DNA of 39,389 nucleotides from an uncultured Synechococcus sp. (GTDB lineage: Bacteria; Cyanobacteriota; Cyanobacteriia; Phormidesmidales; Phormidesmidaceae), in the NCBI GenBank assembly GCA_937911865.1, contig CALDSK010000140.1:1-39389 (forward strand), given 5' to 3'. The number at the start of each line of letters is the position of its first letter. The stretch's first letter is position 1. The notes below the pieces were generated by a model. It ran no database searches. It saw only the letters and a list, made by a program, of their open reading frames with translations, and was not told the origin of the DNA. Position numbers and translations under genes: made by a program. Shown here piece by piece: positions 18,632 through 28,431 of the stretch.

Positions 18632-20983
18632 ATGATGGCCGCTTCACCCTCTACCAGCTCTTCTACTACGTTGAATTCGCGATTTGATCTGACAACGGCG
18701 CAACGGCTGCTGTGGTTAGGGCAAAAGCTCGTGCCAGAATCGCCGCTGTACAATATGGCGTTTTTGTTTACGCTGGGCGGTAAGGTGGACGCTGGGCACT
18801 TTCAGGCCGCTTTTCAGGCGGTGGTAGACCGGAGCGATACGCTGCGGACCGTGATTGATGAAGCGAGTGGTACGGCCAAGCAGCAGGTGCTGCCACCCTT
18901 TGATTTTCGGCTGCTGGTTTTGGACTTTAGCGCGCAGGAGAATCCGGTGGCGGCGGCGCGTGACTGGGCTGAGGTGAGGGTGCGATCGCCTTTTGATCTG
19001 TCTCAGTGTTTATTTGATACCGCGCTGATTTATCTGGGTCAAAATCGGACCGTTTGGTATCTCAATCAGCACCATCTGATTACCGATATTTCATCGGTGA
19101 AGCAGCTGGTTGAAACGGTAGGAGAGTTCTATGCGCGATCGCTTTCTGGCACATTACAAACGGCTAATCCGCTAACCCCTTACGCTGCTCTCGATCTGCC
19201 TACCCCCTCTACTCGTTGTATTGACTACTGGCGAGCGTGTGAGCTGCAGCCAGTGGCCCTATATCATCGAAGCGCTGAGACTATTTCTGCTAGAACCCGG
19301 CGCGTGCACTGTGAGATAGATGAAAAGAGAACGGCAGCGCTAAAAGAACTGTCAATGCATTCATCGGCGGCGGCTTTGACACCTGCGCTTTCTCTTTTTA
19401 ATTTGGTGGCGGGGCTGCTGTTTGCCTATCTCTATCGGGTTAGTGTCCAAGGTCAGGGTCGTCAGCAGCTGGCGATCGCAACCCCTGCGCATGGTAGACC
19501 CACCAAGGCACTGAAAGAAACGCTGGGCGTGTTTATAGAGCTGTTCCCGCTATTAAGTGAGATAGAAGAATCGGAAACGTTTTCTTCTCTGCTAGCGAAG
19601 GTGCGCGAGGCGAGCGGTGCCCTTTTACGACATGCTGAGCCCGGTGCGAGTGAGTTTGCGCCGAGCCGAGATGTGAACGTGGTGCTAAATTTTATTCCTG
19701 CTCAGCTTTCAGATTTTGCGGGGATGTCGGTACGCTCTGAATGGATTCACGCTGGCGCAGGCGATCCGCGTCATCACCTGCGCTTGCAAGTGCATGATTT
19801 CGATGGGCGAGGACGATTGCAGCTGCACTTTGACCTGAACGAAGATTTATTTGAAAGAGAATTGCAAGACCGGGTGCCAACTCACTTTTTAGCGCTGGTA
19901 GATGCGGTGCTAGCAGATCCTGAGCAGCTGATTTCGAGCGTGGATTTGTTGGGAGATGAGGAGCGATCGCAGCTTGCAGCGCTAGGCTCTTGTAAACCCG
20001 TCAACGCCGACGTAACGGTGGTTGAGTCGTTTGAGCAGACGGTGCAACAGAATGCCAGTGTGACGGCTGTGATCTGTGGTGCTGAGTCGTTGACCTACGA
20101 ACAGCTGAACGCGCAGGTGAATCGACTGGCGAGCTATTTGCGATCGCAAGGTGTGAGTACAGAAATTCCGGTCGGTATTTGCCTGCGTCGCTCAACAGAG
20201 ATGCTGATTGCCGTACTGGCCGTGCTTAAAGCGGGCGGTGCCTACGTGCCTATTGAGCCGAGCCATCCGGTTGAAAGAATCTCCTATATTTTGGAAGATA
20301 TGCAGATTGGCTGGGTGCTGACACACTCTGCTTTAACCGACCGACTGATTGGGAAGGCGCAGCTGATTGCGTTAGATGCAATAGAGCTGAGCCACTGGTC
20401 TGACACCGACCTAGACAGCTCTCCGCAGCCGCAAAACCTTGCTTACTTACTGTACACATCTGGTTCTACCGGTCAGCCAAAAGGAGTCGCCGTTGAGCAC
20501 CGTAATTTAGCAAATTATGTGCAGTGGGCTATTTCAAAGTATGTCCGCGGACGACAGCTTTCGTTCCCGCTGTTTTCTCCGCTAGCCTTTGACCTAACGG
20601 TTACTTCTATCTTTGTGCCCTTGCTATCTGGCGGGCAGGTTGTTGTTTACCCCGATAGCGACGAGCCGCTCGATCTGTCTTTGCAGCGAATTGTTCAAGA
20701 GAATGCTGTGGATGTTATTAAGCTGACGCCTTCTCATTTGGCTTTGATCCAGGGTATGCGTTTGGGCTCTCGGCTGAAGACGTTGATATTAGGAGGGGAA
20801 GATCTAAAGTCTGCGCTGGCTAGTGCGATCGCCTCAAGCAGTCAACAGCCTTTAGAAATCTATAACGAGTACGGCCCCACGGAAGCAACGGTGGGCTGCA
20901 TGATTCATTCGTTTGACTCTGAAGATAAGGCCGCATCCGTCCCGATTGGTCAGCCTGCGGCGGGCTCAGAGATTTATTTGTAA
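18632..20983 (+). CDS. NRPS module 1, part 1: starter-type C domain plus A domain through motif A5, ended by an in-frame TAA
   Basis: The C domain has [14 protein letters not shown]...SPLYNM and HHLITDISS (19070). The A domain has [16 protein letters not shown] and [10 protein letters not shown]. The ORF stops at 20981-20983 inside the expected Y(L/V)LD...PVP segment. Confidence 0.85.
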   Translation: [783 protein letters not shown]

Positions 20984-21001
20984 GATAAAGCGTTAAACCG
21001 G

Positions 21002-24000
21002 GTGCCGCTAGGAGCGGTGGGAGAGATTTTTATTGGTGGGCCTGGGTTAGCGCGAGGCTATTTTAACCGGGATGAGCTAACGGCTGAGCGGTTTGTTGAT
21101 TGGCGAGGAAAACGCCTGTACCGAACGGGAGACTTGGGCCGATGGCGAGAAAGCGATCGGTGGCAAGAAAGCGTTTTGCTGTACCTAGGGCGAGGCGATC
21201 GCCAAGTGAAAATTCGCGGACACCGGGTGGAGCTAGGAGAGATTGAGGCGGCGGTAGCCGCGCATCCGCGGGTGAGTGCGAGCGCGGTAAGTGTGGTGCA
21301 TCCGGTACAGGTAGAGCCGCCGGTATCGCTAAGCTACTGTACGCGCTGTGGATTGGCGTCTAACTATCCTGGCGTGAGCTTTGATGCGGCAGGCGTGTGT
21401 GATGTGTGCCGCGCGTATGAAACCTATAAGAACAGGACCGAACAGTATTTTCGTGAGATGGATGGGCTGCGTTGTCGGCTGGAGACTGCCCGTGCGAAAA
21501 AGACAGGTGACTACGACTGTATGATGCTGCTCAGCGGTGGTAAAGACAGTACTTATGCCCTGGCTCAGCTGGTGCAAATGGGTTTGAAGGTTTTCGCCTT
21601 TACCCTGGATAATGGCTATATCTCTGACGGTGCGAAAGAGAACATTCGGCGAGTGGTAGAAGCGTTGACTGTAGATCACGTTTTTGGTACGACGCCTGCC
21701 ATGAACGAGATTTTTGTGGATAGCCTAGAGCGGCACTGTAACGTGTGTAATGGCTGCTTCAAGACCATCTATACGCTGAGTATGAAGATGGCCTACGACA
21801 TGGGCATTCCGGTGATTGTAACCGGGCTTTCAAGAGGGCAGTTTTTTGAAACTAGGCTGAGTGAAGAATGGTTTACAGAGCTGTTTGGTCAGCCAGAGTT
21901 TAACCCAGATACGATTGATGAAACGGTGCTAGAAGCGCGGAAGGTCTATCATCGCAGCGATGATGCGGTCTCTCAGCTGATGGACGTTGAGGTGTTTCAA
22001 TCGGATGATATTTTTGAGGCGATTGAGATTGTTGATTTTTATCGGTATTGCGATGTAAGGCTAGCAGAGATGATGGCTTTTTTGCGCGATCGCCTGCCCT
22101 GGATTCGCCCTGCCGACACGGGCCGCTCCACCAACTGTCTGATCAACAATGCGGGTATTTATGTGCATACGCAGCAGCGCGGCTATCACAACTATGCGCT
22201 GCCCTACAGCTGGGATGTGCGCATGGGGCATAAAACGGTTGACGAATGCATTGATGAACTCAATGACGAGATTAATGTCAGTGAAGTTAAGCAGATTTTG
22301 AAAGAGATTGGCTACGACGCCCAGCGAACGACAGAAGCACAGCTGGCTGCTTACTACTGCGCCGCAGATGAACTTTCAGCAGCAGAGCTAAGAACGTTTC
22401 TCTCGCAGCGCCTGCCAAGCAATTTGGTCCCGGCTTACTTTGTTCCTGTGGAGCAGATGCCGCTGACTAAAAACGGCAAGGTTGACTATGCGGCCTTGCC
22501 AGCGCCGCAGACCCGTCGCTCAGAATTGCAGGCCGACTATGTTGCCCCGCAGACCGCTACAGAGAAGCTTCTGGTAAAGCTGTGGCGACAGGTGCTGAAG
22601 GTCGATAGAATTGGCATTCACGACAACTTTTTTGATCTGGGTGGCGATTCAATTATGGCGATTCAGATTGCAGCGAGACTGTCGGAAGCAGGATTTGGAC
22701 TGTCGCCCAATCAGATTTTTCAATATTCAACAATTGCTGAGCTGGTTACGGTGATGATGCGTGAAAGCAGTCTGGAACCCGAAGACTTGACTGGCAACGT
22801 GCCGCTAACGCCGATTCAACAGACATTTTTTGAGCTGGAATCTCCCGAGCCTGAGCAATTTACACAAACCGTGCTTTTGACGGTTAGTGAGTCGCTAAAT
22901 TTTGATAGCTTACGCGCGGCCGTGAAGGCTCTGGTGGACTATCACGCCAGTTTGCGTTTGAGCTATCAACTCTGGAAAGGTCAGTGGCGTCAGCGCTATC
23001 AGCAGACGGTAGAGGCGGAGCAGGTTTCTTGGGTAAATCTGTCGGATGCTGCTGTGGCGGAGGAAGCGGTTGGTGATGCGATCGCTTCTCTGCAAACGCA
23101 GCTAAATCTAGCCGACGGTGATTTGTTACGAGTAGCGCTATTTGATTTAGGCGATGTTCAGCAGCTAGGCATTGTGATTCATCATTTAGCGGTAGACGCC
23201 GTGTCCTGGCTGACGCTGTTAAAGGATTTGGAAACTCTGTATCGGCAGATAAATGAGGGAGAAGACATTGCTCTGCCGCCGAAGACGAGCTCTTTTAAGG
23301 CTTGGGCAGAGGGGCTTACGAAGGTTGATCTAGACGCACAGGAGAAAGCGTATTGGGAGAATCTATTCTCTTTAGAAGAATCCGAAGAAGAAGCTGAGCA
23401 TCACCATTCAGGGGCTATCTTTGAGCAAGACAACTCGACCGGTAATGTGACCAGACAGCTAGATAAGCCAGCAACGCAGGCATTTTTACAGGACTCGAAC
23501 CGAGATCGCCCGCAAGAGAAACTGCTAGCGGCGCTAACGTTAGCGGCTACGCAGTTGTTTGATTGTTCCAGTATTCGCCTGGATATGGAAGGCCATGGAC
23601 GAGAAGATGCTTTAGTGCCAGGGGCTCGGCTGGTGAGAACAGTCGGGTGGTTTACGTCGCTGTTTCCGGTTGTGCTGACGGCTGAGCCTGATTCAGCTAG
23701 CACGTTGAGAGCGGTGAAAAAGACGCTACGCAGCATACCACAGCACGGCATTGGCTATGGCATACTGCGATATTTTGGCGATGAGGAGACACAGACTAAA
23801 TTAAGAGAGCAACCTGAGTCGAAGATTCTGTTTAACTATCTGGGCGATTTGGAACAGCTGCTGCCAGCTGGTTCGATGTTTTCGCTGGTAGCGCCTTTGC
23901 GGGTGTCGCGTAGCGCTTTACAGCAGCGATCGCACCCTATAGACATCAGCGCTTTTATTCTTGATGGTCAGCTGCAAATCGACTGGTGCTACAGCGGCGT

Positions 24001-24175
24001 CAAGGCTGAAACCGTTGAAAAGCTAGCTGACGACATGATGGCCCAGCTACAGCTGTTAGGGGCAGGCCCAACAGAAGCGCCGATTGCAGAAGACTTTCCG
24101 CTGGCGAATCTCGACAGTCAAAAGATGGACAAGCTATCCACTTTGCTCGGCCAGCTAGATGGGTTGGAGGATTAA
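21002..24175 (+). CDS. NRPS module 1, part 2: A6-A8, embedded PP-loop domain, A9-A10, PCP, epimerisation domain
   Basis: It is in the same frame as 18632..20983, and codons 20984-21001 are open. Motifs: [14 protein letters not shown] (A6), YRTGDL (A7), [20 protein letters not shown] (A8), insert, [25 protein letters not shown] (A9/A10), FFDLGGDS (PCP). E-domain motifs are [20 protein letters not shown] and EGHGRED. Confidence 0.85.
   Translation: [1057 protein letters not shown]
21302..22339 (+). other. Zinc-ribbon plus PP-loop ATP-pyrophosphatase domain (N-acetyl-sugar-amidotransferase-like) inserted between A8 and A9 of the module-1 A domain
   Basis: [24 protein letters not shown], then the PP-loop LLSGGKDS (21533-21550), a second Cys cluster CNVCNGC, and ...[13 protein letters not shown]...PYSWDVRMG. 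The insert is flanked by the A8 strand AVSVVH and the A9-proximal strand LAAYYC. Confidence 0.7.
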
Positions 24176-24178
24176 GCG

Positions 24179-27034
24179 ATGAAAAACGTTGCTGATATTT
24201 ATCCGCTTTCGCCTGTACAGCTCGGTATGTTGTTTCATACGCTCGCCGAAGGTGAGCCCGAGTCGTCTGGCGTGTATGTGAACCAATATACCTGCGAGCT
24301 AAAGGGTGTACTACAGCTACCTTTGTTTCAGCAGGCCTGGCAGCAAACGATAGAGCGACATCCGGTGCTGCGAACGGCGTTTTTGTGGGAAGGGTTAGAC
24401 GAGCCGTTGCAGGTGGTGCGCCAGCAGGTGAACTTGCCCTGGCAGATGTTGGATTGGACGGGTGAAGAGAATTGGGAGAAGCGGATAGAAGCCTTTTTGA
24501 GCGGCGATCGCGCCAAGGGTTTTAACCTGGCTAAAGCGCCTCTGCTGCGACTAACCCTCATTCAGCGAAATGAAGAGATAATCCAACTGATATGGACTTC
24601 TCACCATATGCTATTTGACGGCTGGTCTTTGCCTTTGATTTGGCAAGATATGCTGGCGTACTATGAGGCTTTGCTAAAAGAGAGAACACCACAGCTAGAG
24701 CGCGTTAGGCCCTACCGGGACTATATTGCCTGGCAGCAAACCCAGAAGAAAGCAGACTCTGAACAGTTTTGGCGATCGCAGCTCGAAGGCTTTACTGAGC
24801 CAACGCCTTTACCGGCTGTGCTAACAGCTGGGCATAAGGTTTTTCAAGATAAGGTCTCTCAGGGCTATCAACAACAGTCTAAACAGATAGAAATTAAGCC
24901 ACTGACCGAGTTCGCTAGGTCTCAAAGACTAACGCTAAATACGCTTGTGCAAGGGGCCTGGGCACTGCTGTTACATCACTACAGCAGCAAAGCGCAGGTG
25001 ATGTACGGTTCGGTGGTGTCTGGGCGACCTGCCGCGCTTCAGGGCGTTGAGAAGATGGTGGGACTGTTTATTAATACGCTGCCCGTGCTGGCCAGCATTG
25101 ATACCGAAAAATCTGTTGTCGATTGGCTGAAAGATTGTCAACAGCAGCAGCTTAGCCTGAGGGACTATGGAACGGCTGCGCTGAGTGATTTACAGCAGTG
25201 GAGTGATTTGCCAGCAGGTAGTTCACTGTTTGAAAGTATTGTCGTATTTGAAAATTATCCGACAGCAGAGGCCCCTGAGCTGGGGTTTACGGTAGAAAAT
25301 GCTCGCTACTTGGAGCAAAGCAATTACCCGCTGGCGCTGCTGGTTGTTCCGGGTGAATCCTTAGAGCTGATATTGCTACACGATGCGACGAGGTTTGAGC
25401 GTGGTGCGATCGCTCGCCTACTCGAACATCTAGAACTGTTGCTCACTGTATTTCTACAACAGCCCAACTCAAAACTCTCCAATTTGCCTCGACTAACGCT
25501 TACGGAACAACAAGAAATAGACAGCTGGCTACACGCCCATCATCAGAATTCGACGTCGTCGGGTTTACTGATTCATCACATGATTGAAGCGCAGGTCGTC
25601 AAGACACCAAACGCCGAAGCGGTTGTCTTCAACGGCAAATCTTTGACCTACGAAGAATTGAATCAACAGGCAAATCAGTTGGCCTACGAGCTGCGATCGC
25701 GTGGCGTTACCCCTGGCACCTTTGTAGCAGTGTGTCTTAACCGCTCCGTAGACATGGTGGTGTGCACTTTAGCCATTCTCAAAGCGGGCGGTACCTATGT
25801 ACCTCTAGATCCGACCTATCCTGCAGAGCGACTTGCCTATTGCCTGCAAGACACCGCCCCAAAAATAATCTGCACCGACCGTTCTGTTAATGTGCCTTCT
25901 GAGTCGATTCCTTGTCTTTTTGTCGATGACCCTACCCTCTACACTCATCCAATAGAAAACCTGCCAAATCTGTCGCAGTCTAGCGACCTAGCGTATGTAA
26001 TCTACACCTCGGGCTCCACCGGTCAGCCCAAAGGGGTAATGGTGACCCATCAGAACCTAGTAGCCTCTACAGAAGCGCGGTTTACGGTTTATCCAAACAG
26101 CGTTGAGCGCTTTCTTTTACTGTCTTCTATTGCGTTCGATAGTTCTGTTGCTGGTCTGTTTTGGGCATTGTGCCAGGGTGGAGCGCTGGTTGTTGCGCCT
26201 GAGCGCATTGAGCAAGATTTACATCAGCTGTCTAACTTGATAGAAAAAGAGAGAATTACGCATACGCTTTGCGTACCCACGCTTTACGGCTTGCTGATAT
26301 CACAGAATACCCTGACTCAGCTTTCGACCTTGAAAACGGTAATCGTGGCGGGTGAAGCCTGCACTAGGGCTTTAGCCGTGCGGCATTATGCAAAGCTGCC
26401 GCAGGTAGTGCTATGGAATGAATATGGGCCCACAGAAACAACCGTATGGTGTACGGCCTACCGGGTTCCGCCTGCGTTATCGCCTGGACCTGTGGCGATT
26501 GGCTCAGCGATTCCGGGTGTGCGCATTTTGTTGTTGAATGAACAGCGCCGGATAGTGCCTGCTGGCGGTATTGGTGAAATTCACGTGTGTGGTGCTGGCG
26601 TGAGTCAGGGGTACTTGAATCAGCCGGAGCGGACGGAGCAGTCGTTTTTCGCGTCTGCTCAGCTGAGTGAGAAGGTCTTGTCTAAAACACCTTTCTCGCT
26701 GTATAAAACAGGAGATTTGGGGCGCTACAGGGCAGACGGTACGCTGGAATGGTTGGGGCGCTCAGACCGGCAGGTGAAGATTCGTGGGTATCGGATTGAG
26801 CTAGGAGAGATTGAGGAAGTGCTGCGATCGCAACCCAGCATCAAAGAAACCGTCGTCGTTGCTCGCACTACAGCTGCTGCTGCCGAGAGTGTTGCAAGTG
26901 GACGTGCTGAAAGTGGACGTGCTGAAAGTGGAAATGTTGAAAGTGGACGTGTTGAAAGTTTAGCGGAAGCTCTTCTATCCCTCCCGCCTGACGAGGCCGA
27001 GGCGCTTTTAAGTGCGGTTGAGGGAACGGGTTAG
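24179..27034 (+). CDS. NRPS module 2, part 1: C domain (follows an E domain, DCL-like) plus A domain that ends after motif A8
   Basis: The C domain has [13 protein letters not shown] and HHMLFDGW (24602). The A domain has A3 [14 protein letters not shown], A5 [10 protein letters not shown], A6 [14 protein letters not shown], A7 YKTGDL and A8 [20 protein letters not shown], then [9 protein letters not shown]. A (SGRAE)-type repeat and a short acidic helix precede the TAG stop. A9, A10 and a PCP are absent. Confidence 0.85.
   Translation: [951 protein letters not shown]
26897..26956 (+). repeat. In-frame 15-nt tandem repeat x4 (AGTGGACGTGCTGAA and variants; [20 protein letters not shown]) in the C-terminal tail of NRPS 24179..27034
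   Basis: Four adjacent units at 26897, 26912, 26927 and 26942, read directly. Confidence 0.9.
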
Positions 27035-27036
27035 CT

Positions 27037-28431
27037 ATGGCGCATATTGTTTGCATTACGGGTGGGCTAACAGGGATTTTTAACGCGAGTCTGGCGCTGG
27101 TGGAGCAGCTGGTGCAAGCGGGTCACCGGGTCACCTACGCAAGCCCGGCAGATTGGCGGGCTGCGGTAGAAGCCGAAAGCTTTGAGACTAAAAAGATTGA
27201 ATATGTGCAGCTAGATGAGTGGGTGATTCAGTTTGCAGAACCGCCTATGAGTCGTTGGGAGAAGCTGAAGAAGATGCGATCGCGACAGCAGTCAGCGGTT
27301 GCTGCTTTGGGCGTGCAGAATTTTGTAAGTACGATGCGATCGCTCTCTCCAGACCTGATATTAATCGATATTGAAATGCATCCGCATATCATGGCGGCTG
27401 TTAGTGCGGGGCTACCGGTTGCTTCGCTGTGTCAATTTTTGTCTGTGTGGCATCGGCCCAATCTACCGCCGACTCATACAGGGACTATTCCTGGTGTTGG
27501 CTGGAGAGGCCATCGGCTCGGTATTGAGCTGAGCTGGCTACAATACAGCTGGCAAAAGTGGAAAACTGCCCAACGCGAACGATGGCAGCGTATGGGCGTC
27601 GATCGAATTTCTGTGCTGCGCTGCTACGCCAAACAGCTGAAGCATCCCTTTTGCGAACAGTTTGGATTCTCTCAGTGGTTAGTGCCCTACCCTCACCGAA
27701 ATCTTCCCGTCCTTTGCCTTAACGCCAGTGAACTAGACTTTCCTCACAGTCTTCATCCCTGTATGAAATATGTTGGCGCGATGGTGAAAGAGAATCGAAA
27801 AGCGGTTCAGCTATCACCCATCGTTCGAGCTGAAGTAGAACAGCTGCTGAAAAAACGACAGCCAGGCCGACCGCTGATTTACTGCGGCTGTAGTACCTTT
27901 ATTAAAGGGAATAAGAGATTTCTGCTACAGCTGATAAAAGCTGTTGAGCAGCAGCCAGACTGGGACCTGGTTTTAGGCCTGGGTGGTCAGCTAGATCCGG
28001 GTGAGCTAGGTGAGCTGCCTGGTAATGTACGTGTGTTTGATTGGGTGCCGCAAATGATGCTTTTGCAGCAGGCCAGCTGTGCGATCAACAACGGGGGCAT
28101 TAACAGTATTAACGAATGCCTGCACCTTGGGGTGCCCATGCTGGTGTACTCGCTCAAACGCTATGACCAGAACGGTAACGCGGCCAGGGTGAGTTATCAC
28201 GGATTAGGGATAGCAGGTGATTTTGAGCAGGACAGCGCAGGGCAGATTCGACAGCATTTGCAGCGGCTGCTGAGTGAAGAACGGTATCGGCAGGCGGCGG
28301 AGAATATGCGCGATCGCTACCACCAATACCACCGTGAGCAACGAGCCGTTCGATGTGTAGAAGAGTTGCTGAAAAGTGCTCGGCTGCAAGATAACAAGCA
28401 TCAGGAGGCCAGTCAGCATGTCTCAGCCTAG
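27037..28431 (+). CDS. GT1-family (MGT/UDP-glycosyltransferase-like) glycosyltransferase
   Basis: C-terminal nucleotide-sugar motif VPQMMLLQQASCAINNGGINSINECLHLGVPMLVYSLKRYDQNGNAARV. The N-terminal IVCITGG...LVEQLVQAGHRVTYASP fits. The start lies 2 nt after the NRPS stop. Confidence 0.8.
   Translation: MAHIVCITGGLTGIFNASLALVEQLVQAGHRVTYASPADWRAAVEAESFETKKIEYVQLDEWVIQFAEPPMSRWEKLKKMRSRQQSAVAALGVQNFVSTMRSLSPDLILIDIEMHPHIMAAVSAGLPVASLCQFLSVWHRPNLPPTHTGTIPGVGWRGHRLGIELSWLQYSWQKWKTAQRERWQRMGVDRISVLRCYAKQLKHPFCEQFGFSQWLVPYPHRNLPVLCLNASELDFPHSLHPCMKYVGAMVKENRKAVQLSPIVRAEVEQLLKKRQPGRPLIYCGCSTFIKGNKRFLLQLIKAVEQQPDWDLVLGLGGQLDPGELGELPGNVRVFDWVPQMMLLQQASCAINNGGINSINECLHLGVPMLVYSLKRYDQNGNAARVSYHGLGIAGDFEQDSAGQIRQHLQRLLSEERYRQAAENMRDRYHQYHREQRAVRCVEELLKSARLQDNKHQEASQHVSA

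Noticed and set aside
13446-20983. Stop-codon reassignment or programmed read-through as the explanation for the in-frame TAG and TAA
   Set aside because: TAA and TAG end neighbouring genes at positions consistent with protein-family lengths and with tightly coupled downstream starts (for example 18626, 27034 and 29221). I saw no recoding signals. Point mutation or sequencing error is more economical.
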